A DNA stretch of 64,000 nt from Leucoraja erinacea (Eukaryota): NCBI RefSeq assembly GCF_028641065.1, contig NC_073414.1, positions 6,882,001 to 6,946,000 of the forward strand, in the 5' to 3' direction. A program made the translations under genes and the position numbers. Below are positions 10,801 through 22,984 of this stretch, piece after piece; position 1 is the first letter of the stretch, and every line of letters starts with the position of its first letter. A model generated the notes under the pieces. The model ran no database searches. It was given only the letters and a program-made list of their open reading frames with translations, and was not told the origin of the DNA.

Positions 10801-13476
10801 TTTCTGTGCCTTGCTTTCAGATACCAGCTCGGAGTACCTGAGTTTGGTAGAACAGGTGGAGGATCGGTCTGCCCCGGCGTCGTTGAGTTCTGCAGGGAGG
10901 TCGTCTGCAGCACAAAGCTCGCTCCAAAACCTGACTCCTGTGTACTTTGTGGAAAATGTCCTTGTGAAAGAGGTACAAATGTGTTCTCTACAATCCTATG
11001 CACTGAAAATCTGGCTTGGATAAGAGCACACTATACACATGATCAGACACGGGTCGGGTCCCTTCTTCAGACTGATTGGGGCTGGGGGGGGAGGGGGGGG
11101 GCTGGGGGTGGAGGAATCAGTCTGCGTTTGCCAGAGATGCTGCCTGAACACCTGGTTACCTGATCTACTATGGCACTTTGTGCCCTTTTGTGAAACCAGC
11201 ATCTACAGTTCCTTGTTTCTACATACAGTTGTGATCAGTGGTGGACCAGCTTGTGGTGTGAGCAAGGTTTCGAGATTCTATTGCGAGAAATATACTGCTG
11301 GAAGAACTCAGCAGGTCATCTGTGCCCCAGCTTCCTCCCACATCCCAAAGAAGTGCGAGTGTGTTGGTTAATTGGCCTCTGTAAATTGCCCCGATAGTGT
11401 GTAGGGAGTGGATGAGAATGTGGGATAACGTGGAACTAGTGTGAACGGATCAGCATGGACACAGTGGGGCGAAGTACACGTTTCATTGCTGTATCTTTCA
11501 ATCGATCAATTTTGTTTTTACATCTCTCCCAGACAAAACAGCCGCCCTCAGCTGGTATCACCAGTTTTTATATAATTTATTCGCTCTGAGTTTCCACTGT
11601 CTCACAGCCATTACCCGATCTCCATCCTTTCTCTCAACTTAAGTTGTTTGACTTATCTTCTTCTTGCGTATGGCGAGCACAGCCTAAAGTTGTAGGACAA
11701 CTTGTTCTATTTGATCTTACTTGATTGTGCATGCCAGGTTGATTGCATTCGTCGAAACAGTGAAGGTTGCAATCTCCCACCCCATTTGACATAACTCTTC
11801 CTAACTAATTAAATGTCATCAACCTGACATATCCACCCTGTATCTTTCTCTGCAGACAATACCTTACCAGCTGAGCATCTCCAGAATATATTTTTTGTAC
11901 CTCGCCAAGTATGGTTTGTTAGCAAGATATAAGTTCAGTGACAAATACAGAAGCTAATTGTGTGATAGTTGCAGAGACATGGAAACAAGGAACTGCAGAT
12001 ACTGGTTTACAATAAAGTAAGTAAAGTGCTGGAGTAACTCAGTGGGTCAGACAGCATGATATGTGACGTTTCAGATCGGGACCCTTCTTCAAACCAAAGT
12101 CCAATCAGGCTGAAGAAACGTCCCAACCTGAAACGTCACCAATCCATGTTCTCTAGAGAGGGTCAGGTAGCATCTCTGGAAAATATAGATAGGTGACATT
12201 TCGGTTGGGACCTTTCACCACCCTGGTACCATCAGCTTTTGTATCATTTATTCTCTCTTGGGAATAAAAAGAGATCACAGTGTTTGTGTTCCTCCGGCAC
12301 TTTGTGATCTTTTTCGTGTGATTGTTGTTATAGGAATATTGATCAGCTAACCCACCAATGCAGCAAACATACACCTAGTGCATTATCATCACGCATTGAC
12401 ATTAAATGGAAGAATGCATTCCTCTAGACGTGTTTGAGCATGTTATGCAACTGCACTGAATGCAATTTGAATGCTGTGTGTAATCTGTGTGTCATCTGAT
12501 GCAGCATAACTAGTGTTGCTCCTGTTTTGCACAGCCTGTGTCCGTCCCTGCAAGGAACCAGTTTGTGTGCGCTCAGCCGCAGCACAGGGACAGCCAGAGG
12601 TCCCACGCTTCCCCACCAGGCCAGACCCGGGTGGTCTTCATCCGACAACCTCTGCCACCTTCCTTGAAAGTTCAGAAGGCAGAGGTGAAGTGCGGATCGA
12701 GGAAGGACACTTATCTCCCCATCTTGAACTCCTACCCCCGGATCGCCCCGCACCCAGTCAAAAACCGCCACCGTAAAGCGGGGCAGGAGCAGACGGATCA
12801 GCATACCGCCCCAGGCAATGCCACCGACCACAAGAGTAAACGGCTGTGCGTCGGCGAGACTGTGTCTCCGTCACCCCAGGGTGGGCAAACAGCGCCTGTA
12901 TCACCGGCCGTGCATTGCCAGGGCCCCTGGCAAGGAGAGAACTCCAAGCAGCAGCTGTGGTTGGGGGCAGCGAGCGTTGTGAGTCAGTTTGACATGTCCG
13001 TCTGCCCATCGCCAGTGCTGTCTCCCCAGTCGGAGTGCTGGGAGTCGTCCTCCTCCTCCTCCTCCTCGTCCTGCTGCTCCCTGTCATCCTGCGCTCCCAG
13101 CGCGCAGCTGTCGGGCAGCGAGCCACACTCCCCCTCCTGCCTCTCCCGGCACCACCGCTTCCGCAACACCATGGTGATCCTCAACCGTTCCGGGCTGCTG
13201 GAGATCACGCTGCGGACCAAGGAGCTGATCCGCCAGTACGGCAGCACGCAGCGGCAGATCAACGAGCTGAAGGAGCACGCGCGCATGTTCTGCTGCGCCG
13301 TGCGGAGCAGCGACCCCCGAGACATCCTCCGGCTACAGGAGGCCATGAAGTGTTCCGGGGCGTACGGACCGGTGACCAAAACGCCATCCTCCTCCCCGCC
13401 CTCCTCTCTCTCTCCCACCTCCAGTCCCAGGTCGGGTGCCAGTCAAAGTGTCTCCGACCATGCGTCACTACCTTAA
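7886..13476 (+). CDS. CIPC: CLOCK-interacting pacemaker (CIPC)-family protein, ~429 aa, 3 coding exons
   Basis: Exons 7886-8081, 10821-10972, 12535-13476 join in frame through GT-AG junctions. The product has the CIPC motifs SEKDSGFS|DTSSEYLS, NVLVKE, LPILNSYPRIAPHP and the C-terminal domain RFRNTMVILNRSGLLEITLRTKELIRQ...ELKEH. Alternative ATG at 7901. Probably a paralogue rather than the 1:1 orthologue of human CIPC. Confidence 0.88.
8333..8468 (-). mobile_element. Short ribozyme-headed retroposon, copy 1 (intact head)
   Basis: Begins at ribozyme G1 and ends in a GAAGAAGA tail. Near-direct flanking repeats agtgctgggat (8323-8333) and agtctgggat (8469-8478). Homologous copies at 11656-11783 and 17293-17390. 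Confidence 0.8.
8415..8468 (-). ncRNA. Predicted HDV-like (CPEB3-type) self-cleaving ribozyme, minimal P4
   Basis: Minus strand reads GGGGUGG(P1)-GA-GAUUGCA(P2)-ACC(P3)-UUCACGU(L3)-GGU(P3')-CCGCCCU(P1', G1-U wobble)-GU-UUCGA-CGAA(J4/2, catalytic C at 8425)-UGCAAUC(P2'). All helices pair. Confidence 0.8.
11656..11783 (-). mobile_element. Short ribozyme-headed retroposon, copy 2 (11-nt deletion in P1'/P3'/L3)
   Basis: Same sequence as 8333-8468 but lacking ggcggaccacg. (GAA)n tail. Flanks gtttgactta / atttgacata look like a TSD. Confidence 0.78.
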
Positions 13477-15134
13477 CCGGAGCCTCCTTGCTGAATGGTC
13501 ATCGCTGGCAACGAACGCTCTGGGATGGGGGTGAAAACCCTCAGATGGATGTTAAAGCATTGTCCAGAGTAGGGGCAATCTGCCAGTATTGCAGACACCG
13601 TTTCCCCCTCTCTCCACCGACCTTGCTGCCATTTGTGGAACTTTTACACATTGCATGGTTACAATATGAGCTTAATCTGAGTGAGACATCTGCAACCAAG
13701 CTGATGAACCACTGGAGATAGATGCTGAACCACTAGAATCGAGGCAGGACTTCCAGCAATACCTCTTCGTCTATTGTCAACGGCAAATTAATCTGTGGGA
13801 TCTGTCCTGCCCCTTTGAACTGTGTGCGCGAGTGTCAGCAATTTGTGGGACATTGCCATCGCAGAGTTTCCCTTGCGATCAGGGGTCAGACCACTTCTGT
13901 GCAGGAACGTCTGCGGAGTTCGGCTGGAGTGTCAAAGAAGAAGCTGACAATTGTTGAGAAGCCGAAGATAGGCACAACATGCTGGAGTAACTCAGCGGGA
14001 CAGGCAGCATCTCTGGAGATAAGGGATGGGTGAGACCCATTCGGGCTGAGACCCTTCTTCAAACTTGAGAAACATGGTTGAGAAACATCTACCCAGAGAA
14101 GCTGCAAACATCTGCCCAGAAAGCTAACAAAGGGTTTCGGAAACCTATCCCTGCACTTTTTCTTCTTCTACTCCCATTGCTACCCGACCCAAAGCACCAT
14201 TTTCTGCACCTTTTCCCACCTTCCAATGTCAGAACTCGCACAACCTCAAGTGAAAGCAACTCGTTCCCCATCCCGAGAATGCCAAAGGAGCAGAGGAACG
14301 TCGAAGGGAGTTTTGGAACATTGCGTCTGGCCGACCGAATCACTGAGCCACAGATCCCCAATGAAACCGTTAATACAAACCTGGAATAGAAATGGAAAAG
14401 GTGGATTAACTCAGCCTCGTCGCAGGGAGGAAAGGGTTAATGTCAGACCAGCCGCCTGTGTTGTTGACCACCACAGATGGGAGGTAACAGGGCAGGCTTG
14501 CAGCGACAGCCCACCTCTGCCTGGAGTGGGAGAGCAGTCAGTGACTGGGGCGGGAGTGGATGAAATGTACGTTATGCTATTGGTTTATTATTGTCACGTG
14601 TACCGAGATAAAGTGAGAAGCTTTATTTGTGTGTTATCCTGTCAAATAATTCTATACAAGGGGAGAAGGCAGGAACGGGGTACTGATTGGGAATGATCAG
14701 CCATGATCACATTGAATGGTGGTGCTGGCTCGAAGGGTCGAATGGCCTACTCCTGCACCTATTGTCTATTGTCTATTGTCATATACATGTGTATAAACAA
14801 GCCATGCATGAATCCAACACAAGAGTGCAAAGAAAAAAGTACCAGAGCTCAGAATGTAGTGTTATAACATTACAGTGACAGTGAAAGTGCAGATTAGTAA
14901 AAAGTGCAAGGTCTGCAAGGAGGAGGGTTGGAAGATCTGGGTTAGTATGTGAGAGGTCCATTCAGTAATCTGTTTACAATAGGAAAGAAGCTGCTCCTGA
15001 ATATGGTGGTACATGTTTTCAACCTTTTGTATCCCCTGTTCGATGGGAGTGACCGGGGTGAACATGGTCCTTGATTATGTTGGCTGGCCAGGCACACAGT
15101 AACGATTTTGAGGGACCTTACCCTCCCATGAGAG

Positions 15135-15415
15135 GGCATCACAGTGGCGCGGCGGGTAGAGCTGCTGCCTCACAGCGCCAAAGACCCGGGTTCTATCTGA
15201 GAAGTTGCCTGTTCTCCCTGTAACCGCGTGGGTTTCCTCCGGGTGCTCCAGTTCCCCCCACATCCCAAAAACGTGCGGGTTTGTGGGTCCATTAGCCTCA
15301 AAATTACCCCTAGTATGTAGAGAGTGGATGAGATGACGTAAAACTAGTGTGAACTGGTGATCGATATGCGGTGGGCCGAAGGGCCTGTTTCCCAGCTATA
15401 TCTCTGAACTAACTT
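15135..15415 (+). mobile_element. HE1/V-SINE-type SINE
   Basis: Same head, core and tail as 255-560. Confidence 0.78.
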
Positions 15416-15723
15416 AAAGTCTGATCAAGTGCCGACAAACTAATTGCTGGGGTCCAGTCAGCAGCTTCTGTAGGGGTGGAGGAGGAACTGTTGATGTTGT
15501 GGGTCGAGGACTTGGTGCAGGTTTCCAACCCACAATCCCCCCACACAGATGCTGCTTGCCTTGTTCAGCTCCTCCAGCAATTTGTTTGTCGCTCCAGATT
15601 CCAGCATCAGCTTGTATCTCTTATCAAGCAGTCGGGTCACTTTATTGCTGCATGATAAAGTGCACGGTTTTTTCCGATGCCTAACCTGTATGGAGCCATT
15701 TGGTACAGGAAAGGACATATTAA

Positions 15724-15914
15724 TTGTTTAAGAAGGAACTGCAGATGCTGGAAAATAGAAGGTAGACAAAAGGGCTGGAGAAACTCAGCAGGTGCAGCAG
15801 CATCTATGGAGCGAAGGAAATAGGCAACGTTTCGGCACTAAACGTTGCCTATTTCCTTCGCTCCATAGATGCTGCTGCACCCGCTGAGTTTCTCCAACAC
15901 TTTTGTCTACCGAT
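15724..15914. mobile_element. Penelope-like palindromic insertion (centre deleted)
   Basis: Inverted arms, 11-bp TSD ggacatattaa. Confidence 0.7.
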
Positions 15915-16076
15915 GGACATATTAAAATTTGTGTCAGAGTAAGCCAGGAAGAAAGGTTGGAACAAATAGTTTGAAGTGTAATGTCAATTTTCCATCCCAC
16001 CTCTTCATGTGAAACCGGCCACGAGACTCTCATCCTGAACATGTGCAGGGACTGCAAGCCCACTGTGTGAGGTTGG

Positions 16077-16356
16077 AGCGGCAAAGTGGCGCAGCGGGTA
16101 GAGCTACTGCCTCACAGCGCCAGAGTCCCGGGTTCAATCCTGACCTCAGATGCTGTCTGTGTGCAGTTTGCATGTTCTCCCTGTGACTGCGTGAGTTTCC
16201 TCCTGCAACCCGGGACAGATGTCGGTGAATTGGCCTATGTAAATTGCCCCTAGTGTGTAGGGAGTGGGCTAACAGAACTGGCGCAAGCGAATGGTCGTAG
16301 GTCGGGGTGGGCTTGCTGGGCCAAAGGGCCTGTTTCCATACAGTATCTGTAAACTA
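16077..16356 (+). mobile_element. HE1/V-SINE-type SINE
   Basis: Same head, core and tail. Confidence 0.75.
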
Positions 16357-16762
16357 AGCCTGAGGGTGAGGAGTGGCAATCGTGGCCAGATGTTAGAGTT
16401 AACAGTTAGTTGGCAGTCACAACGTTTTATATTATGTTCATGCAAATAAAGATTTTAACCTCACACCGGAGACGAGAATTAATTTTAATCTGCAGTGGAA
16501 TTTTTAATTAGGAAAACATTCATGGGATTTGCCCGCTCATTAAGAGTTTAATACGGTGCAGACTATAGGGTATGGTTGCTTGTAAGCTGGGGCTAGTTAG
16601 CACAGTGCAGCACATGAAACAGAAAAATAGGTGTAAGAGTAGGCTATTCGGCCCATCGAGCCAGCACCGCCATTCTATATGATCATAGCTGATCATCTAA
16701 AATCAGTTCCTGCTTTTTCTCCATATCCCTTGATTTCGTTAGCCCTAAGAGCTAAATCTTTA

Positions 16763-16968
16763 TGCCCCTGTCCCACTTAGGAAACCTGAACGGAAACCTC
16801 TGGAGACTTTGCGCCCCACCCAAGGTTTCCGTGCGGTCCCCGGAGGGTTTTGTCAGTCTCCCTACCTGCTTCCACTACCTGCAACCTCCGGGAACCGCAT
16901 GGAAACCTTGGGTGGGGCGCAAAGTCTCCAGAGGTTTCCGTTCAGGTTTCTTAAGTGGGACAGGGGCA
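16763..16968. mobile_element. Palindromic MITE family A
   Basis: ~75-80-bp TIRs TGCCCCTGTCCCACTTAGGAAACCTGAACGG..., flanked by TTA/TAA, inserted into a CR1 tail. Confidence 0.88.
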
Positions 16969-17084
16969 TAACTCTCTTGAAAACATCCAGTGAATTGGTC
17001 TCCACTGCCTTCTGTGGCAGAGAATTCCAGATTCACAACTCTCTGGGTGAAAAAATGTTTCCTCATCTCAATCCTAAATGGCCT

Positions 17085-17291
17085 ACTCCACTAACGCTAA
17101 CGGCAGGTACTCGGGAAGACTCGCTGACAGCAGGTAAGCACGGGAAGACTCGTGAAGATTTTTCAACATGTTGAAAAATGTCCACGAGAGCCCCGAGTAC
17201 CGACGAGTGGCCATTACCGTAAATCTCCAAGTTCGAATCAGGGCAAACTCGGGAGAACTCTTGGAATGAACTCGTACCATGGGACAGGACT
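17085..17291. mobile_element. Family B transposon fragment (one TIR)
   Basis: Reverse complement of ~61003-61205. Confidence 0.78.
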
Positions 17292-17292
17292 T

Positions 17293-17390
17293 TAAAGTTG
17301 TGGGACAACTTGTTCTATTTGATTGTGCATGCCAGGTTGATTGCATTCGTCGAAACAGGGAAGACCACGTGAAGGTTGCATTCTCCCACC
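17293..17390 (-). mobile_element. Short ribozyme-headed retroposon, copy 3 (degenerate, tail interrupted)
   Basis: Homologous body with substitutions in P1' and P2. The tail side abuts the TIR of a DNA-transposon fragment at 17291. Confidence 0.7.
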
Positions 17391-17834
17391 GTGTAAAACT
17401 CAATAATGTCTCCCCTCAGCCTATATTCCACTGAGAATAACCGTGGCCTAGTTAACACCTCAGTTTTGAAACCGGTAAAGTAAAAATTACCATCAATGTT
17501 GAGAGCCCTTGATCAGGTGGCAGCTCATAAGTGCCATCAACTGGCAGTTGTAAGAATTACAACCGGACCCCAACGATCAGCACAATCCAAATACAACCAG
17601 TGAGGAGAAAGATTCCACGAGCCCTTTGCATCAATAGTTTGCAATAAGATAGCCCAGGTAGAGATATTTTTTATTTGTGTTGAGAAACATTAAATTACAC
17701 CGATGCAGGTTACTAGCCAAAAAAATGTTCTCCTGTAGGCACTAGAAATTCTGAGCCATCTGTAGCTATCACAGACTGTATGGACCCCAGGTGACGGGAT
17801 AATTTAATCTCCCGTTACTACTGCCCTTGTCCCT

Positions 17835-18105
17835 TACTTTAGACTTCAGTGATACAGCGTGGAAACAGGTCGCTCAGCCCACCGAGTCCTTGCTGACCAG
17901 TGATCACACCTACATGCTAGGAACAATTTACAATTTTACAGAAGCCAAATAACCTATAAACCTGTATGTCTTTGGGATATGGGAGGAATACAGAGCACCC
18001 GGAGAAAACCCACACGGTCACAGAAACTCTGTACAGAGAGCACCCGTAGTCTGGATCGAACCCGGGTCTCTGGCGCTGTAAGGCAGCAACTCTACTGCTG
18101 CGCCA
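17835..18105 (-). mobile_element. HE1/V-SINE-type SINE
   Basis: Reverse-complement copy. Confidence 0.75.
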
Positions 18106-18564
18106 CCTGCTGCCCTTGTACACAGAACGGCACAGGACTTGTAGCCCACAGTGTCTGCGTCAAGCATTAATCCGAAGAAGGGTCCTCACCCGAAACGTCA
18201 TCTGCTCATTCCCTTCATTGATGCTGCCTGACCCGCTGAGTTCCTCCAGCATTTTGCTTTTCTCTCACAGATACAAAGTCGGGGAAGAATAAGGGTCATT
18301 GCCATCCTGTGAGTGGTTCTGTGAGATGTTTTTTAAACAAAGGACGAGGTGTGGAAATACCGCCCCACCTTTAGCCACTGAGAACGACACAAACTAGAGA
18401 AATATTGACCAGCCTAGCAGCTATTTCCTGTTTATTTTGGATGTGAGTTAGCCATTATCACTACAGCTTACAAGGTGTTCAAATCTAATTCTACATAAAC
18501 ACTCGATGCAATATAGTTTGGTCTTCTGGTGACAGAATGACAGTCACTCTCTTTGTCTTCCCTC

Positions 18565-21131
18565 TTAACAACGAAAATCCCAGTCCTACAAATGCAAGGA
18601 GAGAGTGTTACAAAACGCATTGATTGTCAAACCACTCCCCTCTTCAACATTCAACATTGGCGGCTTCAATGGAATAGGCTACCATCTTATGCTTTGCTCC
18701 AAATGTTCTCCTTCATGTGTGAGTCAAGTCCAGGGGCAGCTGAGAACAATTCCATAAGACCATATGACATAGGTGCAGAAGTAGGCCATCGAGTTTTCTC
18801 CTCCGTTCAATCATGTCTGATCTACCCCATTCTCCTGCTTTCTCCCCCTAACCTTTGGTGCTCTTCCTAATGAAGAATCTATCAGTGGTAGAGATATGAG
18901 GATCTGAAGACACTGGACCCTTTGGATTCGGGACCTTTCTTCCAAAAGGAAAAACCTTTCTCCAACACTTGTTTTGCCCAATGTTCAAGAGTTTTGCAAA
19001 CAAGCCTAAAATACACACAATTACACTCAGTACTAGACGGGGCAGTAGAAATTTCACTACCCTATGCATGACTGGACTGGGAGTGGAAGGACCACACCTG
19101 TCTGATAGCAGTCTGAACAAGGAGGGTTACACAAAAAAGCTGGAGAAACTCAGCGGGTGCAGCAGCATCTATGGAGCGAAGGAAATAGGCAACGTTTCGG
19201 GTCGAAACCCTTCTTCAGACCAGGGTTTCGGCCCGAAACGTTGCCTATTTCCTTCGCTCCATAGATGCTGCTGCACCCGCTGAGTTTCTCCAGCATTTTT
19301 GTCTACCTTCGATTTTCCAGCATCTGCAGTTCCTTCTTAAACAGTCTGAACAAGGATCCTAACCTGAAATGTCACTTACTCCAGCACTTGTAATTCAACC
19401 GGCATCTGCAGTTGTTTATATTCTACTAGTTATACAATGATACTCTATTACTCGGCATTCCCTAACTCGGTTGTAGTAGACACCATCCACACCCTGCCCA
19501 TGGTCCCTTATTCTAATAACGGTTTACTGCAGTCAGAAGAGGGGTCTCGACCCGAAACATCATGTATCAATGTTCTCCAGAGATGCTGCCTGACCCGCTG
19601 TGTTACTCCAGCAGTTTGTGTCTAACTTCAGGTTCCCCAGGTTATATGTACACTTGAGAAATAATGACTGAGCCAATGCAATGATAATCCAGGTGATGCT
19701 GTTGAATGGAGATCAGGGGTCACATCCACTGTTAACGTTAAGCTACCAGGAACTGCAAGTGCCGTTTTTTTTTGTGTAAGCCAGCATCTGCAGTTCCTTG
19801 TTTTTACTGATATCGTTTGCTGTTAGGCAACTCCTCTTGCTCCAGAGGCCAGTGTAGCTGGGAGGACATCACCATAACTCTGCCCCAAGCAGAGACTGGG
19901 GCAATAGTGAAACACATTGACTGCAGGCCAAAGCATCGTCTTTATCGAGCGTCTCCGCTGATGATGATTGACCTGTTGAGAGTCCAGCACCAGGGTCTGG
20001 TCCCCAGCAGGTTCCCTGCTTAAGCCTGACGCTCGGAGGTGAAACTGAGGAGGAATTCGGCCTTTATATAGAGAATAATTAAACTACTGAAACTCATTGA
20101 AACCTCCCAAGTAATGAAGGGTCTGGATAGAGTGGATGTGGAGAGGGTTATACACAGTAGTGGGAGAGTTCAGGACCAGAGGGCACACCCTCAGAATAAA
20201 AGGATGTACCTTTAGAATGGAGATGAGGATGAATTTCTTTAGCCAGAGGATGGTGAATCTGTGTAATTCATTGCCACAGACGGCGGTGGAGGCCAAGTCA
20301 TTGGGTATTTTTAAAGCGGAGATTGAGAGATTACATAGAAAATGTAACATAGAAAATAGGTGCAGGAGGAGGCCATTCGACCCTTTGAGCCAGCACCGCT
20401 TGATTCTTGATTAGTGCAGGTGTCGGGTTATGGGGCGAAGGCAGGAGAATGGGGTTGAATGGGAAGGATAGATCAGCCATGATCGAGTGGCAGAGTAGAC
20501 TCGATGGGCTGAATGGCCTGATTTGGGTCATGGGTCTTATGCCTGATGGTAGCCCCCGGAGGGAAAGGGAAGCAGGGAGGAGAGAGGGAGAAGGCTCACC
20601 TCTGTCGGCAGCTCTATCAGGTCTGTCACCAGGTGCTGGGTCACCTCCACCACCGACTTTGGGAAGAAACCGAGGACGGAGGTCTGCTCCCCAAAATAAT
20701 CGCCCTGGACCTAAACAGAGACAGGGATCAATCAGCCAGTGGTCAGTTACAATGAAACCCGTCTATCCCTCACTGGTAAACAGTCAGTCTGCCACGGCCA
20801 GAAACTGATCACACATGGTTTTGCCCTACATTCACAACGCTCAAATGCCTCCCATCTTCGCTGTTGGAAGATACCTCAAATTGTCAAACGCAGGCTGTGG
20901 AACGACATTCACAAGTGATAGGAGTAGGAGTAGGCCATTCGGCCCATCGAGTCTACTGCCCCATTCAATCATGGCTGATCTCTCCACCTTAACCCCATTC
21001 TCCTGCCTTCTCCCCGTACCCCCTGACACTCGTGCTAAGCAATTATCTTGTCAATCGCCACCTTCAATATATCCAATGACTTGGCCTCCACAGCCATCTG
21101 TGGCAGGTACTAAACTGCAAGACAGAGACAG

Positions 21132-21164
<33 letters not shown>

Positions 21165-22984
21165 ACAGACAGGCCCACAGCCACTCACCTCACTGACCCA
21201 GACTGTGGGAGGACACATAGCCTAGACACAAACTCCAAACACAGACAGCAGCCAGACTTACAGCGCAGCCACCAGATACTGTAGATCCACAGTCTGGATC
21301 AAACACCAGGCTCATCCCAGGCACAGACAGCAGCCAGACTTACATCCCTGACCACAGACACATCGACAGTCTGGATACAAGCTCCAGACAGTCAGACAGC
21401 AGCCAGACTTACATCCCTGACCACAGGCACACCCACAGTCTGGATACAAGCTCCAGTCAGACAGACAGCAGCCAGACACACAGTCTGGGCACAAACTTCA
21501 GATTCTGATAGAGAGCTGGCAGATTTGCAGCCCTGACCCCAGTCAGACACACAGACTGCACACAGTCTCCAGACTCAGACACAGACAAACGTACAGGGAG
21601 TCAGTCACCAGACAGACCCAGAGACCAAATGGACCCGCAGTCTGGATACAAACATCAGACACAGCCCAGCCACAGACAGCAGCCAGGTTTATAGCCCAGA
21701 CCCCAGACAGTTTGTATCCGTTTGGATACAAACACCAGACGCGGACATAGACAGCAGCTAGACCCAGAGCCCAGACACTGGCAGGAGAGACCAGGCATGC
21801 CATGGTCAGTGCAGGAACCACATGCCAGTGAGAGTCAGCAGACTCTCTGTTGCAGCATCAGACTGTGGAGACTCTGTTCCTCACTCACTGTGCCTTGCCA
21901 GAAGTTGCGTCCTCTGCCTTTGAGTTTTCCGTACACGTAAACAATCTGCCCCTGGTGGATGTTGATGAACCTGCAGTCGGGGGCGGTGTAATCAGCCAGC
22001 GCTCGTCCCATGGAGATGGGATCTGTAAAGAGATGGACACAAGGTGTTGCTTGAACAGAGTGTACAGCATTGACCAGGGTCTTGCAGCAGCAGTTGGGAA
22101 TAACCCAGGCATTATTCACCAGCAGTTTGAGGGTTTGCTCCTGGGCCTGGCCAAGCTGGCCATCCGCGGGTCACGGCACCAGGCGGAAGAGGGCTCTGCC
22201 CGAGTCGGCTGCCTGCCCCTTTTCCACAACCAGGGGCCACACACAGTTTAAGAATAAGGAGTAAGCCATGGGGAGATGATCAGCACATGATCACATCTGT
22301 GGAATGGCAGAGGCTGGCCAGAAGGGCCAAGAGAGCCTACTCCTGCAAGATAGTGGAGTCAGGGGATTGGGGAGAAGGCAGGAACGGGGTGGTACTGATT
22401 GTGGAGTCCGCCATGCCACATTGGGAGGCACTCGAAGGGCCAAATGGAGATTGTCTATTGTCGCCGCGCCCGGGTGGCCTACGGAGTCACGGGCACCCTT
22501 TGGGATTTCCGGGACCGCGGGGGGGGGGGGGGGGGGGGGGGGGAATGCATCCTCAATTAGGATGGTGATATTATCGTTTAATATTAGGTATCTAAGAACA
22601 TTTATTTTACGTATTTTGTATTGTACATATTATAAATAATTGTTTACATTTATTTTTGCTTAAAAAAAAGCTTAGCCTCCCAACCTCTCTCTCTCCAAAG
22701 CACAAGGTTACAAAAGCAAAACAAATCTTAAGCATTCAAAAACAATGCAGTTTCCTGAGGTGCTACATTTCATTTGCACCCTGGTCGGTCTTGCAACAGC
22801 GCAAAGAAGGCTGTTTGAAGTACTTACGGCTGCATTCTTCATCGGCACACATCTTCCTGTCTGCTAGCTTATGCACCGCTTGCTCCCTGCTGGACAAGAC
22901 ACCGCTGGTGCACACAATAAGCACACAAAGGAGAAGTACTGTCAAAGATGTCCCAGGCTGCGTTTTATTCCGTGGAGGAAGCAT
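18565..22984 (-). CDS. MIA: Melanoma inhibitory activity (MIA/CD-RAP) secreted SH3-like protein, 140 aa, 4 exons
   Basis: Exons 22984-22828, 22022-21889, 20710-20600, 18585-18565. Signal peptide followed by KLADRKMCADEECSHPISMGRALADYTAPDCRFINIHQGQIVYVYGKLKGRGRNFWQGTVQGDYFGEQ...GFFPKS...DWDFRC*. Adjacent to SNRPA as in human. AATAAA on the minus strand at 18431-18436. Confidence 0.93.
19124..19341. mobile_element. Penelope-like palindromic insertion
   Basis: Inverted arms, 15-bp TSD cagtctgaacaagga, hammerhead core on the minus strand at 19218-19191. Confidence 0.75.
21230..21790. repeat. Degenerate ~65-bp minisatellite in MIA intron 2
   Basis: Recurring cagacagcagccagacttaca...cacagtctggataca units. 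Confidence 0.75.
22125..22640 (+). mobile_element. Tx1/L1-like LINE 3' fragment interrupted by a CR1 tail
   Basis: GLLLGLAKLAIRGSR...CLPLF motif resembles the Tx1 ORF2 C-terminus. AT-rich 3' end. Confidence 0.5.

Noticed and set aside
12758-13721. Overlapping alternative-frame and antisense ORFs in the last CIPC exon
   Set aside because: Expected shadows of a GC-rich coding exon. No recognisable domains.
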